64,000 bases of DNA. Origin: a virus. Shown here piece after piece: positions 9,067 through 18,952 of the stretch; the first letter of the stretch is position 1, and each line of letters opens with the position of its first letter. Below the pieces are notes generated by a model, which was not told the DNA's origin, searched no databases, and was given only the letters and a program-made list of their open reading frames with translations. The stretch lies in the IMG/VR virus record IMGVR_UViG_3300014158_000003, positions 32,001-96,000 of that record; one strand, 5' to 3'. Both the position numbers and the translations under genes were made by a program.

Positions 9067-9737
9067 TCATCGTAGACAAGCCCGTGGAAGGCGTAAAAAC
9101 CGACGCACGCATGCACCCTGCCGGTCGAGAGGGATCGCTCCTATCGCTCAAGGAAGTCGCCGAGCGCTCGTGGAAGAGTCGGATGTCTCCGCGCTTGCGC
9201 GCGTGGACGACGCAGAAGCTCGCCGAGGTGGGCGTGTCGACCGGATCGCGCCGACAGAAGGGTCAGGCGGTCCTCGACGCGTTTCGTAAGAAGGTGCCGT
9301 ACGTCGCTGACCCGGTGCTCGGCGAGTTCATGGAGACTCCAGAGCAGACCCTCTGCTTGGACGAGGGAGGTCTCTGCTTCATCGGCACCGACTGCGACGG
9401 CGCAGCCATCACACTCGCAGCCGCGATGATGTCGATCGGGATCCCAGCGATGATCGTCGGCTCGTCGCACAAGCACCCGTACGACGTCCCGACGCACGTC
9501 TTCATGGCGTTCCAGGACGAGCAGGGCGACTGGGTCCGCATGGACGGCACGACCAAGCACCCGGTCGGGCGCGTCGGCAAGCACGAGCGCGAATTTTGGG
9601 TGGAGCCGGGCGCGGAGGCGAAGGATCGCGGCGAGGGCGACTTTGTCGGCATGGCGGGCGGCAGCGAGGTCGGCGTCGGGTCGGCGCGCGTGCTCGCCGT
9701 GAGCACGCTCGACCTGCTCTACCCGTCGTTCAAGTAA
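9063..9737 (+). CDS. transglutaminase-like cysteine protease
   Basis: YVADP..TPEQTL..GTDCDG..LAAAMMSIGIP..THVF..WVRMDGT, Cys-His-Asp triad. Confidence 0.8.
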   Translation: MIIVDKPVEGVKTDARMHPAGREGSLLSLKEVAERSWKSRMSPRLRAWTTQKLAEVGVSTGSRRQKGQAVLDAFRKKVPYVADPVLGEFMETPEQTLCLDEGGLCFIGTDCDGAAITLAAAMMSIGIPAMIVGSSHKHPYDVPTHVFMAFQDEQGDWVRMDGTTKHPVGRVGKHEREFWVEPGAEAKDRGEGDFVGMAGGSEVGVGSARVLAVSTLDLLYPSFK

Positions 9738-9763
9738 CTCGCGCGACGCAGCGTCGCATCGTC

Positions 9764-9866
9764 GCTTGCAACCGTTGCATCCGCGGCTTGCAACCGTTGC
9801 ATCGATGCTTGCAACCGGCGTGCTCCTGTTGCATCCGTGCCTTGCAACTGGATGCTCCCGTTGCAC
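9764..9866. repeat. intergenic cluster of CTTGCAAC/GTTGCA repeats
   Basis: GCTTGCAACCGTTGCATC twice plus further half-units, initially ~21-22 bp apart. Confidence 0.65.
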
Positions 9867-10203
9867 ACCTCCGAGCGCCGACAATCCGAACTAAGGACTA
9901 CCCGGGACATACCGGAGTATTCTGTTTACGGACTGCGCATCGCGCGCGCGATCGAAATCCGAAGAGTCGATCGCGCGCCGCGCACTGACCTCTCGGTCGC
10001 GTCGCGAAGCGGCGACACGTCACGCCGGTAAGTTCACGACTTCACGGCTGTTTTTCCTGAACTCACGCGCCGCACCACCGCGCGGAGATCGGCCTCGTCA
10101 GCACTGCAATCTGCACGCGAAAATTCGAGTCGATCGCGCGCGATCGACCAAAACTGTTTGACGCATCCAGAGCGCATTGTGAGCCTTCTTCTACGTTGAA
10201 GAC

Positions 10204-13200
10204 ATGGGTCTCTACGCGCACCGCCTCGCCGAACTCTCCGCTGCGCGCGAGCGCGCCGGACGGCGCGCACCGGTGCGCCCGAGTGGACCTACAGACCGCC
10301 GCCGCCCGTACGCGCCGCCGCGCCGCGACAGCCGCGCCGCGCCGCGCCGGCACGACGTGCGCATCGGCACCGTCATCCCGAGCACCTACGTCCCGCCTCC
10401 CCCGCCACCGCCGGACACCTACGTCGAGGCCAAGCGCAAGTCTGCGATGCAGACCCAGTCGCTGCTCTTCAGTCGCGCCGACGGCTGGACCGAGAGCAAG
10501 GCGAAAGAGTGGGCGAAGGAGCACGGGTACAAGTCGAACAAGGTGGACGTCACCGACCAGTACATCCGCCTGCGCCAACTCGACCCGAAGAAATTCACTG
10601 TCAAGCGGACAGTTCCGTTTGGCAAGGGCATCCGCGCCGTAGTCGCTCGTGAGGAACCAATGCCGACCAAGAAGAAGAAGTCGACCCGTCGTCCCGCAGC
10701 CAAGCGCACCGCCGCCAAGCGCAAGCCCGCGCCGCGCAAGCACGCGGTGAAGCCCAAGTCGGCTCCGAAGCGGTCGGCCGCGCGCAAGCGCTCCAAGAAG
10801 GCGACGGTCGTCGCCGCGCGCCGGCGCCCGCGCATGGCCCGCGAGGTCGGTCGGGTCGTGGCCGCGAAGCGGCGCCCGGCGCGCCGCGTGCGCGAGGTCC
10901 GGGCGGCCGCCGAGGCGCGCCGGCGCAAACCTCGCGTGCGCGAGGTCCCGGTGGTCGCCGAGGCGAAGCGCAAGCCGGCCAGCTACGTGATGGCCAAGCG
11001 CCGCCCCGCGCCCAAGCGCCACCGGGCCGCCAAGCACAAGGTGCAGGCGTGGTTCGGCGACAGCGCGGGTCACAGCAAGGCCGCGAAGAAGGGCTGGAAG
11101 ACGCGCAAGGGCCACAAGGCCAGCAAGGTGACCCGCAAGGCCGCCGAGTCGCGCCGCCGCCCGAAGAAGCACCACCGCGTCCGCGAGACGATGACCGTCC
11201 AGGCGCGCCGGCGCCCGAAGAAGCACCACCGCGCCCGCGAGACGATGACCGTCCAGGCGCGTCGTCGCCCGAAGAAGCACCACCGCGCCCGCGAGACGAT
11301 GACCGTCCAGGCACGCCGCCGTCCGAAGAAGCACCACCTCGCCCGCGAGGCGTCGTCGGTGGTCCGCTCGAAGGCGCGCCGCAGCTACGTCCGCGCGCCG
11401 AGCATGCGCAGCATCGGGCGATCGGCGCTCGACATGGGACTCGAGCTCGGGCTCGGGGGCGCCGGCTACCTGCTCGCCGACGGCGTCGACCGCTTCCTCG
11501 CGACCTACGACCCGGCCAACGCGGCCAAGGCCGGCCCGAACAAGTTCACCTCGGACGGCACGGGCATGCTGGGCAACTCGCTCAACGTCGCCTCGGCGCC
11601 CGACTGGAAGCGCTACGCCAGCCTCGTCGGGCTGACGCTCATGCCGCTCGGCGGCTCGCTCTTCATCGAGAACAAGACGATCCGCTCCTCGGTGGAGGGG
11701 ATCGGTCTCGGCGCCGGCATCAAGCTGGCGACGACGCTCTGGGAGAGCCTGCTGATGCCGCTGCTCGTCGGCAAGGACACGAGCGCGCCAGCCCTGCAGA
11801 AGAGCTGGGTCGCGCGCCTGTACCCCGCCGAGGTCTCGGCGGCCCTCAACGAGAAGGCCGGGAAGGCCGCGGTCTCGAGCGGCGGCGCCAACAGCACGGC
11901 CGGCACGCTCTCGGGCGGCGCCGATCGCGATGCGGGCCCGTTCGCGCTCGCCGGTCGCTTCGACCACGGTCGCGGCGGTCGCGAGTGGGTGAGGCCCAAC
12001 CAGTGGCAGATGCCGGACGTGCCGGTGTACGACCCGAACGCGGTCGTCGTCGATCCGGACGCGGTCCCGGTCGCCGTCCAGCCGGCGTGGCCCGCGCACT
12101 TCGGCGAGCGGCACCGCTGGGGCCTGCGCGGCGTCGGCGACGCGGTGCAGGACGTGGCGCAGACCATCGCGGCGCAGACCGGCGTGCACCCGGCGCACGC
12201 CGTCAACGCGGCGATGCACGTGGCCGGCGAGCCGCACGACATCACGCAGGCGCTCCGACGCGCGCTGCCGCACATCCGCCGCGAGATCCTGGCCGAGTGT
12301 GCCCGGCACGTGCACCCGCACGTGGTCCGGATGCACGGCCACGCCCGCCACCCGCGCGAGCACGCCGAGTGGGAGGGCGAGCGGGCTGCCGAGGGCTTCC
12401 CGCCGCCCGCGCACGACGCACCGGAGCATGAGTGGCGCGAGTGGCACGGCAAGCGCGCGGCCGCGGACCTGCCCGCGGCTCCGCCCCCGCCCGAGCCGCC
12501 GGCCGCTGCCCCACGGACGCCGGAGCACCTGCGCACTCGGAGTGAGTGGCAGCCGAAGTCCGACCGCACGATCACCTTCGAACGGTTCGCGACCACCCAG
12601 CAGGCGCTGGGGATCGGCGGACCGGGAGGCCCCGCCGCGAGCGGCTACCCGGGCCAGCCGGGTCTCGGCTGCCTCGGCGACGCCTTCGCCGACGCAGCGC
12701 AGAGCGCGGCGGCCACCATCCCGGACATGCCGCTCGAGAACGCGGTCAACGTGGCGGCCCACGCGGCGACCGAGCCGTTCAGCTGCGACCGAGCGATCGA
12801 GCGCGCGATGCCGTTCGTCCGCCGCGAGCTCACCCGAGCCTGCGCGGAGAACATGACCCCGTACATCCGCCAGTTGACCGGGATCCCGCTCCCGCCCGAG
12901 GCTGCGGCCCCGCCGCCTCCGCCGCCGGGCGCGCCCGAGCTGCCCGCGCCGCCGGCGCCGCCGGTCATCGAGTTCGTGCCGTCGCCGCCTCCGCCGAGCT
13001 GGACCCGCTCGGAGGCGGAGTGGCACGACGAGGAGCGTCGCAACTGGGACCGCACGCACGGCGGTCACGCCGTCGTGGCGGCCGCGACGCACGCGGCCGA
13101 GGCTGCGGCCGCACCGCACCCCGACGCGCAGAAGCCCGCCGTGCAGGCGGCCGTGCACGCCATCGCCGACAAGGCCGCGCAGGCGGCATCCGCGGCGCCT

Positions 13201-13542
13201 CCCGGCACGCCTCCGGCGGAGGTCCACGCCGCTGCCCACGAGGCTGCGAAGGTGGAGGCCGCCGAGCACCCGGCGGTCGCTGCGCACCCGGCCGTCAAGG
13301 CCGCCGTCGCAGCGGCGCCGCCCGCAGCGGCGCACGCCGTCGCTGCGCAAGCGGCGCCGGTGGCCGGCGTCCACGGAGTCGGCAACCCGCCCCGCAACCT
13401 GCCGGTCGGGCCGCCCAAGATCGGCAAGTCCGGCCCGCGCGTGCCCCAGCACGAGTCGGAGTGCGGCTGCCTCGACGACAGCCCGTACCTCGGCTTCGTC
13501 GGCGACGAAGTCGAAGAGGACCAGCTGTTCACCCTGAGCTGA
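10204..13542 (+). CDS. large multidomain virion protein: small globular N-domain, K/R-rich histone-like region, TM helices, Pro/Ala-rich tail
   Basis: 1112 aa ORF immediately upstream of the putative capsid gene; internal GAGGA-ATG at MPTKKKK. Confidence 0.8.
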   Translation: MGLYAHRLAELSAARERAGRRAPVRPSGPTDRRRPYAPPRRDSRAAPRRHDVRIGTVIPSTYVPPPPPPPDTYVEAKRKSAMQTQSLLFSRADGWTESKAKEWAKEHGYKSNKVDVTDQYIRLRQLDPKKFTVKRTVPFGKGIRAVVAREEPMPTKKKKSTRRPAAKRTAAKRKPAPRKHAVKPKSAPKRSAARKRSKKATVVAARRRPRMAREVGRVVAAKRRPARRVREVRAAAEARRRKPRVREVPVVAEAKRKPASYVMAKRRPAPKRHRAAKHKVQAWFGDSAGHSKAAKKGWKTRKGHKASKVTRKAAESRRRPKKHHRVRETMTVQARRRPKKHHRARETMTVQARRRPKKHHRARETMTVQARRRPKKHHLAREASSVVRSKARRSYVRAPSMRSIGRSALDMGLELGLGGAGYLLADGVDRFLATYDPANAAKAGPNKFTSDGTGMLGNSLNVASAPDWKRYASLVGLTLMPLGGSLFIENKTIRSSVEGIGLGAGIKLATTLWESLLMPLLVGKDTSAPALQKSWVARLYPAEVSAALNEKAGKAAVSSGGANSTAGTLSGGADRDAGPFALAGRFDHGRGGREWVRPNQWQMPDVPVYDPNAVVVDPDAVPVAVQPAWPAHFGERHRWGLRGVGDAVQDVAQTIAAQTGVHPAHAVNAAMHVAGEPHDITQALRRALPHIRREILAECARHVHPHVVRMHGHARHPREHAEWEGERAAEGFPPPAHDAPEHEWREWHGKRAAADLPAAPPPPEPPAAAPRTPEHLRTRSEWQPKSDRTITFERFATTQQALGIGGPGGPAASGYPGQPGLGCLGDAFADAAQSAAATIPDMPLENAVNVAAHAATEPFSCDRAIERAMPFVRRELTRACAENMTPYIRQLTGIPLPPEAAAPPPPPPGAPELPAPPAPPVIEFVPSPPPPSWTRSEAEWHDEERRNWDRTHGGHAVVAAATHAAEAAAAPHPDAQKPAVQAAVHAIADKAAQAASAAPPGTPPAEVHAAAHEAAKVEAAEHPAVAAHPAVKAAVAAAPPAAAHAVAAQAAPVAGVHGVGNPPRNLPVGPPKIGKSGPRVPQHESECGCLDDSPYLGFVGDEVEEDQLFTLS
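11152..11337 (+). repeat. coding tandem repeat with a 54-nt unit (RRRPKKHHRARETMTVQA), about 3.5 copies
   Basis: Visible in both DNA and protein. Confidence 0.9.
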
Positions 13543-13640
13543 GAAGCTCGCAAAAAACCAACGACCCCTAGCGAAGAAGCAACAACCAACTCCCCGCGGC
13601 GGACCAAGGAAACGGCGGGGAAGCGAAAGAGAGAACGACC

Positions 13641-14936
13641 ATGGCGAGGAACGTGAGCGGTTTGAGCAAGAAGTCGATCAAGTACGGCGGCGAGAGCCGC
13701 GAGAAGGTCCAGCGGGTGCCGTTCGGCCTGGGCGCCCCGCCCGGCGACGAGGCGGCCGCCCAGAAGTGCCTGCGCTGCGGGTTCGGCAACGTGCCCGTGG
13801 TCGAGGAGGTGGTCTGGACGATCCCGCTGCCGCTGACCAGCGAGCAGGCGACCACGACCTTCGGCGACACGGTCAACCCGCTCAGCGGGTCCTCCGCGGT
13901 CCCCGGCGTCGCGTCGATCGACTCGACGTTCCTCATCAACGGCATCCTGCAGACCGACATCCTGACCCAGGGCATCGGCGTGCACGTGTTCTGCGAGCCG
14001 ACGTCGTTCTCCACGATCGGCAACGCCTGGTCGGCGCCGTCGACCACCACCGCTCCGCCGCCGTCTCCCGACGTGTTCACGGTCAACGACATCACCAACG
14101 GCGCGATGGGTGGACTCGTCGCGGAGGACCTCGCCTCCTTCTCTCCCGCCGTCTTCGAGTGGGGCGCGGCGACCTGGCGCGCGGGATGGAACTTCATCAA
14201 CGCGTATCAATTTCAATGGAAAACGTCGCAGCGTGAGCTCGTGCTCAACGAACTCGCCGCGGACATCAGCTACTTCGGGTCCTTCGCGGACGCCGAGGCG
14301 AGCGGCACGAGCGAGCTGCCGGTCATCGAGTTCGTGGCGCTGGTCAACGCGCAGTACCGCGCGCAGGACTCCGCGACGATCTTCCTGCCGGTCAACTTCC
14401 GGCGCGTCGGCAGCGTGACGGGCGCGTTCCCGTACGTCACCGGCGACAACCTCGGCATCTTCCACCCGACGCGCGACTTCGACCTCGCGCCGGTCACCTG
14501 GGGTGGCCTCAGGTGGCAGGGGTACGGCTGCCGCGGTCAGATGTACCGGCAGATCGAGTCGCCCTGCTTCCTCGAGCGCGGTATCCCCATCGGGATGATC
14601 TTCATTGCGCAAGACGCGGTCCATCAAGCCCAGATGATCGAGGCGCTCACGATCGACAACGAGCCGTTCGGCACGAACGTCGTGCCGGACGTGAACGTCA
14701 GCGACACCACCCTCACGTCCACCGACGTGGGTCCCGGCGCGCTGCCGGTCATGCTGGAGCAGACGCTCGACGCGACCCCGGTCAGCGTCTCGCAGTCGGT
14801 CAACGTCAACCGCCAGATCTTCAAGGGCGGCATCTTCAAGCTCGGCATCAAGATCAAGGGCTGGGAGATGCCCGGCGGGTGGAAGAGCTACTGCGCGGAG
14901 AAGGGCATCCGCGGGATGCACCACGCGGGCGCCTGA
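13641..14936 (+). CDS. putative major capsid protein (jelly-roll type)
   Basis: 431 aa, beta-rich, strongly biased codons, followed by a terminator, within a structural operon; fold is inferred, not shown. Confidence 0.55.
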   Translation: MARNVSGLSKKSIKYGGESREKVQRVPFGLGAPPGDEAAAQKCLRCGFGNVPVVEEVVWTIPLPLTSEQATTTFGDTVNPLSGSSAVPGVASIDSTFLINGILQTDILTQGIGVHVFCEPTSFSTIGNAWSAPSTTTAPPPSPDVFTVNDITNGAMGGLVAEDLASFSPAVFEWGAATWRAGWNFINAYQFQWKTSQRELVLNELAADISYFGSFADAEASGTSELPVIEFVALVNAQYRAQDSATIFLPVNFRRVGSVTGAFPYVTGDNLGIFHPTRDFDLAPVTWGGLRWQGYGCRGQMYRQIESPCFLERGIPIGMIFIAQDAVHQAQMIEALTIDNEPFGTNVVPDVNVSDTTLTSTDVGPGALPVMLEQTLDATPVSVSQSVNVNRQIFKGGIFKLGIKIKGWEMPGGWKSYCAEKGIRGMHHAGA

Positions 14937-14967
14937 AGCGCGGAGACGCGCTTGAGCGCCTGAACCA

Positions 14968-15009
14968 GGGCGGCGTGGCGGGATGCGCCGCGCCGCCCTT
15001 TCGTTTTTT
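14968..15009 (+). terminator. Rho-independent terminator after the putative capsid gene
   Basis: GGGCGGCGTGGCG-ggatg-CGCCGCGCCGCCC stem followed by TTTCGTTTTTT. Confidence 0.8.
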
Positions 15010-15029
15010 GAGATACTCTGGAGGAGCGA

Positions 15030-15629
15030 ATGCAGCCGAAAAGCGAGAACGTCCGGGACCTGGCGATTTGGGCGCCGAAGATCGCCTACGCGATGGTGGT
15101 CGGGGTCCCGCGCGTCCCGTTCGTCGTCGACATCCCGATCCAGTTCACGTCGAGCGTCGTCGATGCGCCGTACATCGAGGCGAGCTTCGACAACAACCTC
15201 ACGCAGGACACGCTTGTCGAGAAGATCGCGTTCACGCTCTTCCAGCAGAACTCGTTTCCTGGGAGCCCGTTCCAGAGCCTGTACTTCAACCAGTTGAAGG
15301 GGCAGACGGGCGTCGGCGTGAAGTTCGATGTCTACGGGGCGCCCCGCTACAGCGTGCAGGACACACCGATCGACCTCGCGAACATGGCCGACGTCCTGGC
15401 CGTCACGTGGCCCAACGGCTGGCCGCTCCCGAAGCAGTCGAACGTCAAAGTGTCGGCCGTCCTGTTCCAGACGCCGGTGAGCGTACCTTTCGACGTCAAC
15501 ATAACTTTCCTCGGTTGGAGTGCGTTGGACGCGGAAATTGACTCACTCTCGGACGACGATGCGCGCTGCCGGCTGCGCAAGCTCGGATTCGAGGTCCCGG
15601 ACCTGGAAGTTCTTCTGACCAGGCCGTGA
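15030..15629 (+). CDS. putative small single jelly-roll capsid protein
   Basis: GGAGG RBS; alternating beta pattern ending WPLPKQSNVKVSAV..FDVNITFLGW. Confidence 0.5.
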   Translation: MQPKSENVRDLAIWAPKIAYAMVVGVPRVPFVVDIPIQFTSSVVDAPYIEASFDNNLTQDTLVEKIAFTLFQQNSFPGSPFQSLYFNQLKGQTGVGVKFDVYGAPRYSVQDTPIDLANMADVLAVTWPNGWPLPKQSNVKVSAVLFQTPVSVPFDVNITFLGWSALDAEIDSLSDDDARCRLRKLGFEVPDLEVLLTRP

Positions 15630-16714
15630 CTACTCGATTCACCTTCTACTGCCACACCAACCGGGTGAACGGCAAACAATACGTCGGCCAAACAGCCTGG
15701 ACGATGGAGGAGCGTTGGAAATCGCACGTCACGTCAGCGAAACTACATCAGGGCTGTCGGGTATTCGGGGCGGCCATTCGCAAGTACGGCCCGGACGCGT
15801 TCGATCACGAGATCCTCGAAGTCGTCGTCTGCACGCAGCAAGAGGCTGACCTCATTGAGACGGAATGGATCAAGCGAAAAGGAAGTCGTGTACCGTTCGG
15901 GTACAACCTTACGGCTGGCGGCGGTAGCCACGGTCTCCTCCACGAGGACTCCAAGCGTTTGATAGGAGAAGCGTCGAGAAAACGCTTGGCTGGCATGACG
16001 CCGGAGCAGCGAACGGAGTTCTTCAAAAAGAACATTCACATCTACACGCCGGAACGTTTGGCGCGTCATGCGGAGCGGTTTCGATCCAAAGAACACCGCG
16101 AGAAGGTGACAGCCGACCAGAAATACTTTTGGTCGAAGCTATCGCCCGAAGAGAGGCTCGCTCGCGCTAAGCATATGCACGCTGGCATTTCGGAAGAAAA
16201 GAAACACGAGCGCACGCGCAAAGCGTGGGCCAAACTGACACCAGAAAAGCGCGCAGAACGCATCCGAAACGCCAGCGAGGCCAACGTTCGGGCGTGGAGT
16301 CCAGAGAGATCGAAGAAGAGGAGCGAGGCGCAGTCTGCAAGACACGCAGCGATTCCGCCTGAACAGCGTCGCGAGGTCGTCAACAAGGCGTGGGTCACTC
16401 GTCGCGCGAAATACGGGCAGAGCGGCATGAAGAACCCAGCACCAGCCCGAAGTGGTTACGTCAAGCTGACTCCGGAGGAACTGTCAAAACGCCGCAGAAA
16501 AAGTTGGGCGAACATGACGCCGGAAGCCTACGACGAGCGGGTACGCAAGACTCGGGAAGGCAAACGGCTGGCGCGTCTGGCGAAGTCCGGTCAGCAGCTC
16601 GACGCCGAACTCGTCCCCTTCGTCCGCCACTGGCACAAGCGCGGCCACTCGATCCGGTCGATCGCCCTCGCCTTCGACGTGTCCACCAATGAGATCGAGA
16701 GGGCGGTGGCCTGA
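15626..16714 (+). CDS. GIY-YIG homing endonuclease with helical repeats and C-terminal HTH
   Basis: FYCHTNRVNGKQYVGQT..ERW..H..AIRKYG..E..GYNLTAGG; lower GC than neighbours. Confidence 0.88.
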   Translation: MTTRFTFYCHTNRVNGKQYVGQTAWTMEERWKSHVTSAKLHQGCRVFGAAIRKYGPDAFDHEILEVVVCTQQEADLIETEWIKRKGSRVPFGYNLTAGGGSHGLLHEDSKRLIGEASRKRLAGMTPEQRTEFFKKNIHIYTPERLARHAERFRSKEHREKVTADQKYFWSKLSPEERLARAKHMHAGISEEKKHERTRKAWAKLTPEKRAERIRNASEANVRAWSPERSKKRSEAQSARHAAIPPEQRREVVNKAWVTRRAKYGQSGMKNPAPARSGYVKLTPEELSKRRRKSWANMTPEAYDERVRKTREGKRLARLAKSGQQLDAELVPFVRHWHKRGHSIRSIALAFDVSTNEIERAVA

Positions 16715-17661
16715 TGCCCGGCAGAGACGCCAAGGCCCGAAACTGCGGCAGCGCAGAACTCGGCGAGCGCGAGGCGAAGTTGATCCGCCTGGCGCGGTCT
16801 CCCGGAGGAATCGCGCGCGGGATCCGCACGCGCTTCTACCCCGGTCGCCACGAGGTCGTCCCCGCATCGCTCGACCCGTACGTCGCGCTGATCAGCAGCG
16901 ACCCCTGGGGCTCCCCGGTCGGCACGGGACTCCTGGTCCCGTCGACGCCGACCGGGTCGCTCGTCCCTGCCGGGGCCTCGCCGTCGCAGTACCGGTACCT
17001 GTTTCTGCTCGCCCGCGAGCAGTTCGCGTCCGGCAACACGGGCGCGCGGCTCACCGGCATCCGGCAGTACGCGGAACTCATGGCGACGGTGGCCGGCACC
17101 GACGGGTCCCCGAACACCGTCTTCCGCAAGGAGATCACGAGTCCGCTCTGGCACCCGCCCGACGGCAACGTCTCCTGGCACGTGATGGTGATCGCGAAAA
17201 ATCGGATGGTGACGCGCAACGTCCAGAACGCCGACAGCCTCAAGTTCCGAGACGCGTTCGGCCCGTGCCTGCTCTTCGAGACCTTCGCGGGCCCGCAGTT
17301 CGCGCCGACCGCGTACGCGCCGCCGAACGGCGGCCGCCCGTGGGGCAAGCCCCTCGGCGGCGTGAGCCTGGGCAACATGCACGACCTGCGGTACCGCTGG
17401 CGCACCGGCTACCTCGAGCAGATGCTCGACATCCCGGTGCCGCTGCCGTGCGACGTCGCGCTCTTCGCGAGCGTCCGGCAGAACGACCCGCTGACCAACC
17501 CGTGCGCGGGGATCCTGACCTCCTGCCAGCTCGCGGCGCTCGGTCCCGAGGACCAGTTCCTGACCTCGTTCTGCGGGTCCGCGCAGTACGGCCGCATTGC
17601 GGGGTCGCTCGTCTTCAGCGAGACTTCGAGGGACCCCATGGACGAGGAGGGCGCGGCATGA
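16714..17661 (+). CDS. putative structural protein
   Basis: TGATG coupling; beta-rich; operon context. Confidence 0.7.
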   Translation: MPGRDAKARNCGSAELGEREAKLIRLARSPGGIARGIRTRFYPGRHEVVPASLDPYVALISSDPWGSPVGTGLLVPSTPTGSLVPAGASPSQYRYLFLLAREQFASGNTGARLTGIRQYAELMATVAGTDGSPNTVFRKEITSPLWHPPDGNVSWHVMVIAKNRMVTRNVQNADSLKFRDAFGPCLLFETFAGPQFAPTAYAPPNGGRPWGKPLGGVSLGNMHDLRYRWRTGYLEQMLDIPVPLPCDVALFASVRQNDPLTNPCAGILTSCQLAALGPEDQFLTSFCGSAQYGRIAGSLVFSETSRDPMDEEGAA

Positions 17662-18599
17662 CCACCGGAGTCGGAGGGTGCGGAGGCGGGTGCCGGGGCG
17701 GGTGCGGGGACCTGTCGCACGCGGTGGTCCGGGCGCCTCGGGCGCCGGGCAGGCTGACGCCGACGCCGGCGCAGGCGGCCAACATCGCGCAGAGCAACGG
17801 CTCGTACGGCGACTGGGTCACCGACGTCCCGGTCCAGGGACCGACCGACGAGGGGATCCGCAGGGCGGGCTGCTGGTGGAAGAACAACGTGCTCGACAAG
17901 GTCACCGACGACCAGGGCGCCATGGTGCCCCGGTGGACGCAGTCGTCCCTACTCTGCCTCGACGGCCGGCCGCTGCAGTCGGGCGTCGGTGGCGAGACGG
18001 TCCGGCGCCGCGGGGTGAGTGCGGGCGCGCTCGGCGCGGACCCAGCGCCCAACGCGCCGCCCGCGGCGACGACGACCAAGCCCGCGGCCTCGCTGCCCGC
18101 ACCGCCCGGCATCTGGTCCAAGCTCACCGCCGACCAGTCGCACTGGGTCGCGACCACGCTGATCGCGCTCAACGACTTCATCGTCAAGGCCGGCAACAAG
18201 CTCTGCGCGAGCTGGCCCGCGGACCTCTTGAAGGACGACGCGTCGGCGACCGCGAAGATGCCCGCGGCGGTCGGGTGCTTCCAGAGCTGGTACAACCTGA
18301 ACCTCCAGCCGGACGCGCCGCTGCGCACCGACGGCACGCTCGACGAGCGGACCGCGTGCGCGCTCGTGGCGACCACGGGCCTGCACGCGAACGACTTCCC
18401 GACGCCGTACCCGGGAGTCCTCAAGTGCGGGGGCCTGTCCCTCTACGCGAAGGTCGGCATCGGCGCCGGCGTCGCGGTCGCCGTGGGCGGGGCCATCGCG
18501 GCGGTCGCGGCGGCGAGCCACAAGAAGAAGAAGGCCGCACCCGCGGCCGCAGCGGAGGCGCGGCGCGGCGCCCAGTACGGAAGGGAGCGACGACGATGA
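17658..18599 (+). CDS. membrane-anchored protein with PG-binding-like motif
   Basis: VGCFQSWYN..LRTDGTLDERTACAL; C-terminal TM then KKKK. Confidence 0.65.
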   Translation: MTTGVGGCGGGCRGGCGDLSHAVVRAPRAPGRLTPTPAQAANIAQSNGSYGDWVTDVPVQGPTDEGIRRAGCWWKNNVLDKVTDDQGAMVPRWTQSSLLCLDGRPLQSGVGGETVRRRGVSAGALGADPAPNAPPAATTTKPAASLPAPPGIWSKLTADQSHWVATTLIALNDFIVKAGNKLCASWPADLLKDDASATAKMPAAVGCFQSWYNLNLQPDAPLRTDGTLDERTACALVATTGLHANDFPTPYPGVLKCGGLSLYAKVGIGAGVAVAVGGAIAAVAAASHKKKKAAPAAAAEARRGAQYGRERRR

Positions 18600-18943
18600 A
18601 TCAGCTCGTGAGGTCCAATCTCGGCGGCGACACCCTGCGGCGCGGAGGTGTGCGGATCGGCTGGCTCGGCGACGCGCCGGCGACGAGCGCGCCGGCCACG
18701 ACTCCGCCCCCGGTGCCCGCCGCGGGGCCGGCGCCGGCGACGCCCGCCGCGACTGCGCCCGCGGCCGCACCCGCGTCAGCCCCGACGAGCCCGCCCGCCG
18801 CTGGCGACAAGACCAAGGGCGACGCCGCAGCGGGTCCCCTGGCGGCCCTCGAGCGCCTGCCGACCCTCGCGAAGGTCGGCATCGGCGTGGGTGTCGCCGC
18901 GGTCGTCGTCGGCATCGGCGCGGCCATCGCGGCGGCAAAATAG
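18596..18943 (+). CDS. small Pro/Ala-rich membrane protein
   Basis: ATGA overlap; C-terminal TM AKVGIGVGVAAVVVGIG. Confidence 0.7.
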   Translation: MNQLVRSNLGGDTLRRGGVRIGWLGDAPATSAPATTPPPVPAAGPAPATPAATAPAAAPASAPTSPPAAGDKTKGDAAAGPLAALERLPTLAKVGIGVGVAAVVVGIGAAIAAAK

Positions 18944-18952
18944 CGGGGACCC

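Noticed and set aside
11152-11337. 54-nt repeats as a second CRISPR array
   Set aside because: In-frame coding repeats with synonymous variation and no unique spacers.
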